A stretch of 64,000 bases of DNA from Basidiobolus meristosporus CBS 931.73 (GCA_002104905.1 MCFE01000490.1:3042-67041), one strand, 5' to 3'. Counted from the first letter of the stretch, positions 29,101 to 42,004 are shown. Numbers and translations are program-made. Notes: a model not told the origin generated them from the sequence alone.

Positions 29101-29600
29101 GTGGCCTAGCGGTGAACCATACAGCCTTACTTCCCTGGCACTCACACCATTCCCCCCTTCCTACCTCTAATCTAGAGCCCTTTGGGAGAGACAAAACCTG
29201 TGAAATTCGAGACCTTACGGGACGCCCTGAGTAAGTTCTCCTACTTATGACGCGTGCTACAATATCGCCTAACCCTTTCCCCCCTAGAATCGGTCAACGA
29301 CTACAGTGAGGTGGATACTGACTCCTCTGACCGACAATCATGGTCACGGAGTACCACAGATAAGGTAAATCACCACGTCTTCACCGCCATGTCAAATTCA
29401 CTCATCAGCCTCCCCAACAGACCAGAAGCGTCCGATCGAACGTCTCCGACATCCTTAGCAAGATCAGCGCGAAGAGTTCCAACAGGTAAGATACCCACAC
29501 TGTGTGCCTTATCCATCTGGATCCACCTTCTCACTTACCACATCAACCTAGCTCCCTCTCCCTGGTCAACAGCCCATGCTTGACGTCCCGAATCAAATAG
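26116..29600 (+). CDS. EFR3: EFR3 (PI4-kinase plasma-membrane scaffold), multi-exon
   Basis: N-terminus KHAKLIENCYP...SYLLFYASSRPAKLLKVANYLEKR, armadillo-like exons, HVYYPDQINDIL, and late KFETLRDAL. Spliced C-terminus ...SDILSKI...SPCLTSRIK, stop TAG 29598-29600. Confidence 0.9.
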
Positions 29601-31121
29601 TCGTCCGCGCTATCCCCCTTCCCGCTGGCCCTAGCTCTGCTCGCTTCCCTTCCCCAGTGATTCCTCTATATACCCCTACCCTTACTCACCTGTTCCGCCT
29701 TTGCCCCCTTGACTTGATGAATAAACCCACCACCCAATCACGGCTTCTCCCGGCCCACCGCACATGTCCTGACCCCTCCCAACCCGGACCAAGCGCACTG
29801 GATCTCTGTGGCTTCCCAGGGAATACCTGGATGATGGCAGCGGAGATGGGAGGCTTATTTTGTAACCACACTTCCATTGGGATACCTTAAAGCTACTCGG
29901 TTACTGCTGTCGGTGGATATTACTTGGCGTTCAACGTTCTTTTCCCTTGAAACCAAATGAATAATACTTCCGCTGATGCCTATGCTCATAGTACCCCATT
30001 TTACATACGGCGTAGGCAGCTGGATTGGAGAATCTACGCCATGAACGAAAACAAAGACTTCTAAACCCATTGTGAATACGTTCATTCTGGTGAAAAGTAG
30101 CACGTACCTGGCCGTTCTGATTTGGTGAGGGCCAAGTGCAAGATAAGACCGGTGGACAGGTATTGAATGTACCTTTGGGGGTAGTGCTCCTTGTAGCAAG
30201 TAGAACGGGGTTTTCATAGCTGCGCGGTTGGCAAGATATCCATGGAAGTGTACATCATTCAGAGTCATGGATCATCTCTGAAAGCATTGTATCATTCTAG
30301 GATCAACCAAAGGGACAGGGATAATACTGCCAGAAAGTATCTGGATCAATGGCATACTTGAGCTGGAGCCTCTTCAACCTTCTTTGTTTGTACTCTATAA
30401 GGCCTTGCCACTCAATGACTTTCAGGTTTTCTGGGATTCAATCTATTTTGCTATAGGCGAGGGAGACTGCCATAAAAAGGCGGGAATGCCAGAAAATAGC
30501 CAGCAAACAATCAAGGAGGTTCTACCTTAGCCTACATTTCATATGGATGCCACCTCAGTGCCATGATGCTTGACAGAAATGAAAGTACTTTTATGATGAT
30601 TTTGTTTATACCCAAGTTATGCATATTCCTTACGATTATGGAGTAAAATGTCATTTTAAGTGTTACTTCTTTAGCAGCTGCTTTCCTTGACGTATATACA
30701 TTTCATATATGAATGGTGTGGTTAACTGTACATATATAGCTTGTATGGTACCCAACTGCAATTACTGTGGTTGCTTCGTCTTAGCAAGGTTGAATAATTT
30801 CTCATGTGGTGTCTAGCAGGAATTTATAATAGAGGTTACTACTCATCTAATCGTCATAGTCATAACTAGGTGTAATCTAATGACCACATACATCATATAG
30901 AAATGTAATTTACAGGTACAGCTGACCATTTGGATTAGTTATGTCACCGCATGTTTTTGGTTGTTGTGGACTCTTGGCGAGATGTGTTATAAAGACGCAG
31001 AGAATGAGTTCATGGCATTTAATACGTAAGTGATGAGCTGAGTTCAAGAGCAATATTAACAAATACATGAGAGTTTACTAATCCCACATGATACAGTTTC
31101 GTATACTAGTGTTGATCCTTC

Positions 31122-33050
31122 CTAATCCAGGATTTGCAGCCATTTTTCAGCAACCATACTGCATTGATACCCCGCCAATGCATGGGCTACTTTATCTGCT
31201 AATGGCTTCAACGTCTCCTTCACCGCATGTCCAGATACTTCTACTACAACATTGAGACATACCATAATGCTCGTGTAGTCGGCGTGGAGTACTCGGACCT
31301 TTTTCTCACAAACGTCCACACTTTCGAAATCCTCAGCTTCAAGAGTGCTTACGATGACCAGATGCTCCGCGCGAGCCTGGAAAGCACTGAGGGCCGCAGA
31401 AACACTTGGCGTTACGGTGATTTGAAGCGAAAAATAATTCAGCGCAGATGTAGCCGAGTCAATCAGCTTCGTCACGCATTGAATGGCCCCATCGGAAAGC
31501 TTGGTATTTGCGATTGGTACTGGTTTCCAGTTAGACCCCTGGTCAAGATATTCCTGAAAAGACTTTTGCAAGTCCGAAATCTTCCCCACCAGCACTCTCG
31601 TGTCTTGGGAGAAGGAGTCTGGATCGGCAAATTCGATCCCAGTACCTTTAAACGGGTCACCTAGAGGATAGTACGGAAGTTCGGATGTGCTGGAGGTGTT
31701 GTCCAGCCCTGTGATGCCGGGTGTCCAAAAGTGGTGATCTGGGTGACCATTCTTTTTATCTTCTTGGTCTAGGAGCTCAGTATTGGTATCGAAATGATCC
31801 CGATTGTAGTTATCATCCCGGCTCTTCCAGTATGTTGACCCATCCGCGTAGTTGTCCGGGTAGGTTGCGGGATCAATCCACGTTCCCCGTTCTTCGTCGC
31901 CAAGGTGGGGACCAGCACAAGCATCGATTGCAAGCATCTTAACCTTGGTATATTTCGAGGGGTCAGGATGCTTCTCAAAGAACTTTTCCTCCTTTTCAGG
32001 ATGAAAGTCCGGGCTCCAAGATAAGAAGGCATGGTTTCTAAAATAATGCCTTGTAGTTTCATTCTCTTCGACGATCTGGTATTTTATATTTCCTTTGAAG
32101 AAAGGGCTGTTGCAAGGACCCCATCCGACGAGCGATGCTTTTCGAGGAATGAAGCCAAACTTTTGGTGGTACTCCCATGCCACGCAGTTGTAGTCGATTC
32201 CCAGAGACAAAGCTACCTCGACGGCGGCAGCCTGGTCGTAGCAGTTGACTAGACTGAGGTCACCATGGGATACGGACAGGCGATATGCCTCGAGCCATGC
32301 CGATAGTCGAAAATCACCTCCGTAATTATTGTAATGCACCTCCTTACGTTGGTCTGAATTAGGCAACACGAACTTGGAGGCACCATTGTAAACATTGTAT
32401 TTGAGCCAGTGATCTTTAGTGTTGGATGCCTCACCAGTGATCGGTTTGGCCGATCCATGGCAGATCTTGACTACCAATGCAACCCATTCCTCACGAGTCG
32501 CCACGCCCTGGGCGGTTGCAGCACGAACAAACATGCGTAACAGGAGAAGTGGTACGCCTTTAGCGAAGTACTTTGGAAGTTTATAGCCAAGGAGGTAAAG
32601 TTCCATAGGAATATCCTCCGCGTAGAGAGACTCGCCTAGGACCCCATCGTCTCCAATGACGTGCAGCGAGAATTTGATCATACCCGAGAAAGACCACGGA
32701 TTATCACTATAGAATCCTTTGATCTTGTAATCCTCCATGCTGAAGACTACCGTACCGTCGCTAGATCCCTGAGATTTGCCACAAAGATAGAATTTGGCTG
32801 AAGTGTCAGTTGTCAATTGCAGCTTCTTGTCCACTAGTTCCGAAGGAATGCCGCTGACTTCGATAGAAAGCAAACCAGCCTGATGATCATTTTGTATAGC
32901 TGCAGGACGTTGAACCTTTTGATCAGCTTTCGCGTCGTAGATGACATCTTCCTCAGAGTGTTTGGCTTGATGGTCCAAGATGTCCTCACTCGAAACATTC
33001 AGCTTTAGGCGTAGGCCTTTTCGGATCTCAATGCGCTCGATTCTTGGCAT
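31122..33050 (-). CDS. Intronless hypothetical protein (~642 aa) with a candidate transglutaminase-like Cys-His-Asp triad
   Basis: Long open frame 31122-33161; likely start MPRIERI at 33050, downstream of a TATA-like AGATATAAAG. Motifs VNCYDQAAA, GWGPCNSPFF, FRNHAFL, AIDACAGPHLG. The fold assignment is inference. Confidence 0.75.
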   Translation of the reverse strand: MPRIERIEIRKGLRLKLNVSSEDILDHQAKHSEEDVIYDAKADQKVQRPAAIQNDHQAGLLSIEVSGIPSELVDKKLQLTTDTSAKFYLCGKSQGSSDGTVVFSMEDYKIKGFYSDNPWSFSGMIKFSLHVIGDDGVLGESLYAEDIPMELYLLGYKLPKYFAKGVPLLLLRMFVRAATAQGVATREEWVALVVKICHGSAKPITGEASNTKDHWLKYNVYNGASKFVLPNSDQRKEVHYNNYGGDFRLSAWLEAYRLSVSHGDLSLVNCYDQAAAVEVALSLGIDYNCVAWEYHQKFGFIPRKASLVGWGPCNSPFFKGNIKYQIVEENETTRHYFRNHAFLSWSPDFHPEKEEKFFEKHPDPSKYTKVKMLAIDACAGPHLGDEERGTWIDPATYPDNYADGSTYWKSRDDNYNRDHFDTNTELLDQEDKKNGHPDHHFWTPGITGLDNTSSTSELPYYPLGDPFKGTGIEFADPDSFSQDTRVLVGKISDLQKSFQEYLDQGSNWKPVPIANTKLSDGAIQCVTKLIDSATSALNYFSLQITVTPSVSAALSAFQARAEHLVIVSTLEAEDFESVDVCEKKVRVLHADYTSIMVCLNVVVEVSGHAVKETLKPLADKVAHALAGYQCSMVAEKWLQILD

Positions 33051-33874
33051 GGTGGATTTGAGATGTGGTGGAGAGAGTTGAATTGATGAAACCATTCCGC
33101 CGACACTTGACTTTATATCTCTCCAAGGTGAGAAAGCAGGGCCCAGCCCCAACCGATACATTGTGTCAGCGATAAATGTCGGGCAAGCTGTTTAAGGCTA
33201 GAGCCAACTCCCACTTTCCATTTTGGCCAGCGGTGCCACCTGGTTCTACACATCAAGAACCAACCTACTGTAGCATGAGCATCTTGGTGATACTGATGGG
33301 AATATACTAGTTCCTCGCTGTATTTGGGTAAAATTGGCAGCATCGGTTCCGGAATGCGTGACCAACTAGAGTTAATAACCGTCAAATATTCCTGATTCCT
33401 CTGAATCATAAATACTCTTCACAGGAAGTGGCGGTTGCTTGTGTTAACAGTGGAATGAATCCGGGTTGATTCGCCCAAAAAATGGAATTCGAAGGTTGTG
33501 TATTGTTGAGTAACGGTTAGGGAATCACACTTTTATAGCACTGTGCAAAAATGCATATTACATTGTATAGAAGTTTGGCCTCCTTTCGATGTCTACATGT
33601 TACACTCAGTTGGACCTTTTCCTAACAAGTACCCCACTATAATACCCTTGCATAGTTTGAACCACACTATCGTAGCTTCCTGATCTATTAACTTTACTCG
33701 TGGGAACCAATTGGCCAAATTCGTATCACTTATCTTTTGTCCGGTCACCTGGCCAGCTTGTGTTCGATCAACGCCTTGGTACACAACTATCCATCATAGC
33801 CATTTCACACAGGCCCAACGGCATCACAGTCATATATAGATATCACCCCATCCTTACTACCATCGTGGTGTTCA

Positions 33875-34259
33875 AAAGACAACGGGTTGTTGTGGTTAGC
33901 AGCAATATGGACAACCATTACAATCCTCCACGATGAAGTCGTCAGATCTCTGAGCTTTGCCACAAAGATCGAATTTGGACGAAGTATCGGTTATTGTAGC
34001 TTCTTGTCCGGTAATCCCGAGGGGATACCACTCACTGACTTCACTAGAAAGCAAATCATCGTCTTCAACATTCTGATCCTTCCCCACCTATTGGTTGTTA
34101 GGGTAGTGTCGCGCTATAGCTGCTGGTCAAGTTTGGCACCACAGATGATATCCTCGTCAAAGTTCCCGATTGGATGGTCCAAACTGACCAGTACTTGGAA
34201 GAAACATCCTGCTTCAGGCGTAGGTCTTTTCGGATCTCTATACACTCGGTTCTAGGGAT
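33875..34259 (-). pseudogene. Decayed tandem paralogue of the 5' part of the 31122-33050 gene
   Basis: Translations STIPRTECIEIRKDLRLK (vs STMPRIERIEIRKGLRLK) and TDTSSKFDLCGKAQRS (vs TDTSAKFYLCGKSQGS). ATG has become ATC at 34257-34259; frameshifts and stops follow. Confidence 0.85.
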
Positions 34260-34600
34260 AGTGGATTCGTGGTGTAGTGAAGAGAACTGAACTGAGCTGC
34301 TTGGCTTTATATCTCTCCAGCACGAGAGAGCAGAACCCAGCCTCAGCCGACGCCTTGTTTCAGTGATAAAATGCAGGTAAGCTATTTGAGGCTAGAGCCA
34401 AGTAGCAATTTACAGGTTCTGCTTTTCATTTCGGCTAGCCGTATCACCTGATTTTACACAACAAAGCTACTATAGCACAGTAGCTTTGTGATACTGATGA
34501 GAATGTACGGGAGGTTACGGTCAAGAAGGCGTGACTATCTCTGGATATGTAGACAATGTATCCCCAAGTTATTAACTGTTAAATATTGAAGTGAATCCGT
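34260..34600 (-). repeat. Duplicated upstream/promoter block of the 31122-33050 gene (homologous to ~33050-33400)
   Basis: Shared blocks CTTTATATCTCTCCA, GGCTAGAGCCAA and GTGATACTGATG occur in the same order in both copies. Confidence 0.75.
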
Positions 34601-34899
34601 ACAATTTTTCAAGGCAAAGCTTGGATATATTGAGATGGATTAAAACTGCACTTGGATTCGATTCGGCCATGCGTGCATCTACACCTCCTCAAGCTCAGTT
34701 AAGGTATCAGTAGAATGCTTGCTCCCAAGCCAGCCCAACGGCGGGAACTCGGTCCTGGCATATGGAACACCACAGACCCTATGTTTCGGGATGGCTGCGC
34801 AACTTATCTAGTGTTACACAATCGTGGTATGACATCCCTCATATCGTAATAGATCCAAGATACTTACATATGACAAGAATTCTCGGTTACAGGCTATAA

Positions 34900-36450
34900 T
34901 ACGTTGGTAGAATGAGATATACTTGTTGCCTGTGGAAAATGGTAATTGTTAAAGGCGACCCAATCCTTATTAAACTTGATTGATATTTCATAGGCCAATA
35001 AAGGAATCTGGCCAGGATCCACCTATAGGTTCTCGGATCGCATGATTGAAGCATTGCAGGGAAAATATCCGGCTTGTCTTTCATTGGGTGTTCAGTATAT
35101 ACTTCTGGCATATACAAAATTGTTATTTCACAGGCATTGTACTACCTTGGCTGAGCTGGGAGACCTCCAGGGCCGGATAGAGCCAGCCTTGTAAGGAATG
35201 ATTCTTGTTCCCTTGGGGAGGCTGTTGAATGAAGATGGCAAGCACAACAGGTCATATCACCCTATAAAGAATCTCATATTTGGAGTTCATTTGATAATTG
35301 ACTTGTATTCTGCTGGTGCTTTGATGGTATTTTGCAGACATTCAGCCAGTGCTTTTCCCTCATATTCTTGGTTTTAAATTATTGTGGAAGTGATCAGCAG
35401 CTCATTACCAAACTTGGTGTGGACAGTATTCAGCCTAGCCTCCTACTGGGAAATATGTCCTCTTGCCTACCAAACAGCTAGAACCTAAGATAGCTGGCAG
35501 CTGTTAGTTAGGTGAGTCTTGGATCCTATGGCTTAGTAGTTTTCCAATGTGTGGAGCAAAACAGACACTAATGAGACTAAAGCACCTCAAATAGCCCTCA
35601 AAATGACCAAATCTTTTGCAAATGCAGTTTCACACTGATTATATGGCTAGATCCCACCAAAGTTGTAAGCCCCTCAAAGCCCACTATTCTTATCTCCCTG
35701 TACATCTGTGCTAAAGGTAACTTCAAAAGAGCAAGAAATTGCTCTATGTTGCTCACCTAAGGAGACAAGACAAAGTTAGTAATCTCTTATGCTACATCAG
35801 CAAAATACCTGCCCAAGTATGGGTAGAAACACCCAGGGTAACAGTTGCGTAAGTATGCATATTGCATTGATGAGCTGATTCCAGACCAATAATCTGAAAA
35901 TCAAATTCTAATCCTGATATTTCTACATATAAGAAATAACTGAATGCTACTGTCAGATTCAACCCAGATCAGCCATCATAATCCTGTAAAGATACCAACA
36001 CAATAACCACAAGTTAGAACTTCCATCTTTCTCAGTAGGCTTACAACAGGTTCTTGATAGTGTTTTGGAGATATCCAGCTAGCCTATACATTGGGATTGC
36101 TTATTATGGTAGAGATGTTGCAGACTTTCAGTGAATTTCTGATGGCTTTACCATGGCCTACAGCAATTGACTGTTATTACAATATAATACCACAGCAGCA
36201 ATTTGTACAATGCTGTTCTACTTGTCATGAACATATGACAGTCCTAAGTATATATATTCAGTTCAGACACTGTAAAACCATACCAGACAGATTTCCTTCA
36301 GAACCTTCCACCACTTCCCATCAGTTTGCCCTTGCTCATGCCAAATGGGGTAAGTAGTGATCATATGGCCTGGCTATGTAGCTGGCAGCTCACTTTGTTA
36401 CCTCATTATATGCATCATTGTCTTGTTACAACTGACATGCCAACTCCCAA
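34900..36450. mobile_element. Highly degraded LTR-retrotransposon (copia-like) remnants
   Basis: Minus-strand fragments resemble a copia integrase core and C-terminus (NQEYEGKALAEC; YRWI near 35010). No intact ORF. A short piece at ~35950 (CAACCCAGATCAGCC) also lies beside the LTR at 39433. Confidence 0.4.
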
Positions 36451-36457
36451 AGCCCCT

Positions 36458-38633
36458 CCCTGTGAGAAATAATTTGGTCCTGCAGGTGGATCCAATATAG
36501 ATCAGCTATCTGGATTGTGACGGCATTTAGCTGATTTTCTGCCAAATAAAGTAACCAACTTAATAGTGTTTTAACAGTATTTTAGCAGGGACTTGCATGG
36601 CATTCTGACAGTCTTGATGCAGTCTACACTTATTGAGTAGACCTAATTGGCCAATACTTGCAAATGCCTTAAATGGAAGAATATTGTTGGTGTTTTAATG
36701 GCCTTGATGCAACTACTGTTGGCATTATCATGACAGTGTGATAGCCTACAGCTAGTCCTGTATAGTGCTACCATACCAATTTACCAAATTATTTTTGCTT
36801 TTTCTACCTCCCCTTGCCCTGTTCATATATTCCACTGTGGATTTACCCCTCTTTAATTGCTTACCCACCACTACCACAGGCATTCCACACATAGTTTAAA
36901 TAAAAAAAGCTCTGGTCTTCTGCCCCCTAACCTCTACATATGTGAACACCTGCTGCAATTGACACACTTCTATCACCTCAACCTTATGGCTTTATAGTGT
37001 GGTACTTGCAAAGCTCTCATATACCTTGTATTGCTGGTAACATATGCATCTTGCAAACATATGCTTGGTTACTGCCACTCTTGTCATGAACACCTCATGA
37101 ATATCCACTGATTAAACTCAGCAGTAGAAGATCCACCTGACAGCAGCTTGCTTTGACATTCTGTGCTACATGCAGGACTACATCCCAAAAAGGCCATGTT
37201 GACAGTGTGCCCACTAAAGGTAATAATGTGATATCATCAGGCTCTCAGTCAAGTAGGCAATTGAAAATCTCTGCAGAGCTGCAAGCTGACCACAATGCTC
37301 AGGTAGATAAGAAACCAGTAATTGCAGTACCTCTGGTGGAAGAACAGCAAATGACCACCATAATATCACCATCACCAGTATTAGCAAGTATGTAGTCAGC
37401 TCATACCAAAGCATTAATGAAGCTATTAGGTGCAGTGGCTGATAGGATAGATGCAATGGCCTAGAGAAATCAGCAAACAATACAGAGACAAGGTGAGTGG
37501 AGATTGCATGCACAACAATCAATATCACAAATAGAGAATGCAGTATCTTTACTGCAGCATAAAACTCAAGTAGCTCAATGTCACAGACCAGAGTAGAGCC
37601 ACTTCCTAATTTAACTACAGAGAATTACCCTGCAGTCTTTGAAGCACAAAATCAGTGTCCAAAGACAAAGCATACATAAAACCTATTAAGCATGGGATGG
37701 TAAGACTGTAACACTAAAACTAAAGCCTAAAAATTAAAAGACATTGTAGATCTGTGAGGCTATTGGGTGCCATGAAGAGGATTGGACCAGCATTCAAGAG
37801 GCTGCAAGAAGTCTACTATGTCATCATGGACTATCAGGAACTCAATGGCAAGCAAGATGTACCTGACCTATTCCACAAACATATTCCAGGATTCTAGTGA
37901 GCAAAGAGATTTTAGACCAGTATTGGTGTGCAGAGAAACTATCTCAAGAATGGTGAATCTACCAAAGGTAGCAGTACAAAGGTCCATGGCTAAGAACCAG
38001 CAGCTTCCTCAAAAGCCCAGCATCAGCAGGGCAGAATACTCCAAAATAGTTGCAAAGAAACACCAGGTTACCAAAAGAGCTCCAGTGATGACATACCAGT
38101 AGAAATTGATATGCTAATGCAGCATTTATCAAAAAAGTAATGTGGCATAGTACAAGAAGCTCACTGTCACTGTGACAGTAAAAGGCCTGGTAGAGATAAA
38201 GTTGAAGGAAAAAAGTCTACCCAAAACAGAGACAGCAATGTATGAGAAAAGATATGCAGTTATCATCATTTGAAGCTTACAACTTAGAACAACTCAAGTC
38301 ACAGAATATGCAAGAAGAACTACCTCCATACCCTCCATTGTAGACAGAGTGGAGAACCTGCAGACTGGTAAAGCAGCAATGTCAAGAAGACCATCACAAT
38401 ATCTGAAGTGGAGCTTTAGAATATCAACAGTGACACAAGAAGTGGCAGCAGTACTTCTTTAAAAGGAGTACTCAAGAGAACACACTTGAATATTGCAAGG
38501 ACTTAGTGTAATGACTGGCAGATGAGATATTGGACCTTGCAGGGCTGGCTGAAGACCAGGGCATATTGGAACTGGTGAATGAACAATGGAATAAGGTGGT
38601 AGGATTCCAGCTAATGTCCTGTGTAATGGGTGC
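36458..38633 (-). mobile_element. CACTA/CMC DNA transposon copy C (internally deleted, interrupted by copy D)
   Basis: Right terminus CCCTGTGAGAAATAATTTGGTCC at 36458 matches the ends of copies A and B. 36700-37130 is collinear with the transposase 3' end at 58560-58950. 37780-38630 is homologous to the accessory ORF at 43780-44530. Confidence 0.75.
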
Positions 38634-39082
38634 CCCTACAAAGAATAATTGTGATGATCCTACCAAAAGAATGTCAAAAATTAAATTCCCATGACTGAGA
38701 GGTATTGATGCTACAATAAAATTCCACAACAGGATGCAAATTTTTGTATCTTTAACAATTTACAAAGCTGGGTTGTAGTTACCAAATTAACAAGATAATA
38801 ATATACAAATCTGCTGAAATTGTACAAAAGTTGTTTCAAAAGTTTAAACCAAATGATTTGAGCTGGTTTAAATAATTAAAATAAAACTTTTTGCTGTGAG
38901 GACACAATGCAAGACAATTAAAAAGATTGCACCGCAAATTTGACAAAAAACTGAGTCCAATTTTCATTGCAATAATACATAGGTGGCTTTTGATTGTTTC
39001 ACTGCTAATTCTCACACTTTCTGATTACATACACTCAGTCACCTCCTACATTGTACACATTGATTGGCAATTGCCTCTTTTT

Positions 39083-39496
39083 TGTTGTAGGAGTCTTAGA
39101 GATATTGGAAGTGATTAGGAGAGCAATTAGAATATGTGGTTTTTGCTTAATGATCCATTGAATGTAAAAGTGGTATTCATACTTTTACATAGTCTTGGCA
39201 CAACAAGCACATATAATACATTTTGGATGGTCTCAAGCAAATGAGCAGAAAGCTTGGGGCTGCTTGGACAACTTTGTGAGTTTTCAGGTCTTGGGTACCT
39301 GATATTTTGGTGAAAATATTCTAACCAAATCTCAGCAAGAAATCTGGTCAGTAACTCTCCAAGACTTATAGGTAATGCTCTAAGTGACTAAGTTAAGTGA
39401 ATTTATAGATGGAATTAGAAATTTCTACAGCAGATGCAACCCAGATCAGCCATTGTGATCCTGAATATTTAGGTGGAATTACAAATTTTTAAAGCA
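39083..39496. repeat. LTR family W copy (39083-39432) plus a short internal piece and an LTR end fragment (39463-39496)
   Basis: TGTTGTAGGAGTCTTAG... homologous to 48530-48878. The host transposon sequence resumes at 39497. Confidence 0.75.
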
Positions 39497-39781
39497 TTCT
39501 CCACACTCCTTACTTCCTGAACTAAGCAAATCAAGTACTTTTCACACATATGAACTGGTTTATCCCTGTTCAATCTTCAGTTGTAATTCAATTTTCAATT
39601 CTACAAACCTATAGGAGTTCCTATATCCAACACTTATGTTGAGCCCATTCTCACACCCAACAAGTAACTCCATTAAATGCATCATTCAGTAAGTATTTTT
39701 GCTGTAACACTGTGGTGGTGCATAAGTCCAAAAGAGAGATGTGCCCAACACTTATCAACTGTTTGTGTGTGGGGTGTTTAC

Positions 39782-40301
39782 TGTTATGAATAGACACAAG
39801 GCAGGAGGAAAAGCTAGGCATGGCAGGAAAGGACTTAGGTGTGGACCATCAAGGCAAGGAAGGATTCAAGGCAAGGCTGTTTATTTAAGGCCTATGTTTA
39901 TCAGACTGAGGAATACTTAAGGGGGGATAGGACTATATATACTTTTTGATTATACTGATGCCAAGAGATATTGGCTAATACTAATGGGGTTGTGGGGTGA
40001 GGCACAGCAATGTGCTGGGGATAATAATATAGAAGGCAAGGCACTGAGACAGGATGGGGAAATGGATTGGGTCACCTGATCATGTGACTAAGTCATGTGA
40101 CCCAGCATTTCCATATATGGTGCTGGACTATGAAAAATACAATGGGAAGCTTCCATGGAATGTTCCATTGTGTAACAAGGGTTTGGAATGGTCAGGAACT
40201 TTCTGGAAGGTGGTAGAAGGTTCCAGAAGGAATCTCTTAGAAATTGAGCTAGGAAGCTGAAACTTGGCATGGGTGTTCATGGTTGTCATGTGATCATGAC
40301 A
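39782..40301. repeat. Solo LTR (family Z, 520 bp)
   Basis: Termini TGTTATGA...TCATGACA with a perfect 5-bp target-site duplication TTTAC (39777-39781 / 40302-40306). Confidence 0.88.
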
Positions 40302-40367
40302 TTTACTGGGTGCAATAACCTCTGGCAAATGCTTGCTAGGAATAATCAGGTTCTCTCTATATACTAA

Positions 40368-41305
40368 TGTGAGGGGGAATAAAGCCACCAGCTTGTCAAG
40401 GGAAAACTATTGAGCTATAATCCCCAACTTGGTTGGCATCTTAACAAAAGCATATGCAGGGTTCAGCATTCTTTGAGATGACAATGTACTAAAGCTTCCA
40501 AAGTCAAAACAACTGTGAACTCCATCAGCAGGGACTTGATAAGAATGCAGCTGTGGTCAATAGTTACAAAGACAGAAAAGTATCTTTGCCTGTACAAGAA
40601 CAAACTTGGGAAAGAATCAAATATGATAGAAGATACCTACTCTGAGTATTCCTCACAAGTAGCACCTCCAAGGTCAGTTGGCTGTCAGTGCGGTTTCCTG
40701 GGAGTGTCCTGTGGTCTGGGGTTGGAAGTTCAGGTAGCAGCAGGTAGCAGTGATCACACTAACCAACAAGTTGGTATATTGATAAAAGGGATGATGATAT
40801 ATTGTTGAGGGATAGCCTCCCTTATATACTTTTCCTACTGGCTAAGTGATTACTAATCATGGTGTTCCAGAAGGTTCCAGATATCAATTGAAATCTTAAT
40901 GACATCAGAATGACCTAAGAATGTTCTAAGTAGGTGTTGGAAGGTTCTAAGAGGCACAGCACATCCCACCAATCAGGAATCAGTACTCTGAAACCTGTGT
41001 AACATAGGGATACCATATATGGTATCCAAATGGTAGGGATGGTGACACAGGTTGATCATGTGTCACAGGTACTGGTGCAGGTACTTGCCTAATATAGAAG
41101 CACTTACTGCTAGTAATCTTACATAAAGTAGGGGATAACTTATGCAATAATGTAAGCAGGTGTGATAGTCAACAAGCTTATGGGATAATACTGATCAGGT
41201 AAGACAAATGCAATAAAACTAAAATAAGCGTTGTAGAGATATAGGGAAGTAGAAAATATGGGAATGAGCACATCTGTTAGTAGGTGTCACTGTCACCCCA
41301 CTACA
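40368..41305. repeat. LTR-like repeat family Y (938 bp), inverted copy of 46252-47189
   Basis: TG...CA ends (TGTGAGGGGG...CCCCACTACA). Near-identical reverse complement at 46252-47189, same length. Confidence 0.85.
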
Positions 41306-41533
41306 GTGCTGGTATTTGCCTAATATAGCAGCACTTACATCTAGTAGTCTTACATAGATGAGAGATAACTATGCAATAAATAAGCAAGTATTTTAGTTAG
41401 ACTGTTTATGGGATAGCACTCATCAGATAAGACAAATGGGATAAAACTAAACTAAGGGTAGTAGAGAAATAGGGAAGTAGAAAATATGGAAATGGGCACA
41501 TCCTTCAGTGGGTGTCACTATAATGCCACTACA
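41306..41533. repeat. Diverged tandem duplicate of the last ~230 bp of LTR Y
   Basis: 41306-41533 repeats ~41075-41305 (GTGC.GGTA.TTGCCTAATATAG ... CCACTACA). Confidence 0.8.
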
Positions 41534-42004
41534 ATGCCATTTTTCCATGACTTTAGTGGGAACCCTGCAGCTTTACGCCATTGTTGATTCATTGGTTCCC
41601 ATGAGTCCTGATCTTCAGCAGGCACAGCAAGGTCTAGCACCTCATCTGCTAGTCTCTGCAATAAATTCTGGCTATACTCAAGTACATTTCCTTGAGCACT
41701 GCTCATGAAGTGGTACTGCTACCTTTTGCTGTGCATGTTATTGCCCCAAATTCCACTTTAGGGAAGGTGATAGTCATCTGAGTTCTTGATGTTGCTACTT
41801 TGTCTGCCAGTGGGATCTCTACCATGTCTACAATGAAGGATATGGAGTCTGTGGTAGACAATTTGCCTTTCTCTGTAAATTCATCTACCTAACTGGAGTG
41901 TAGCTCAACTGACTGTGCTTCCAACTTGTGAGAAAACAGTGGTTGTATACTAGATAATTCTTCTTGACTGTAATGGAATTTAATGTGTTCTGACCCTTCA
42001 AAGG

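Noticed and set aside
29855-30268. 137-aa minus-strand ORF downstream of EFR3
   Set aside because: No motif, no paralogue in the window and no splice support.
35005-35030. GGATCCACCTATAGG resembling the CMC subterminal GGATCCACCTACAGG
   Set aside because: Flanks do not align with the transposon end and no CCCTATG terminus follows; likely coincidence.
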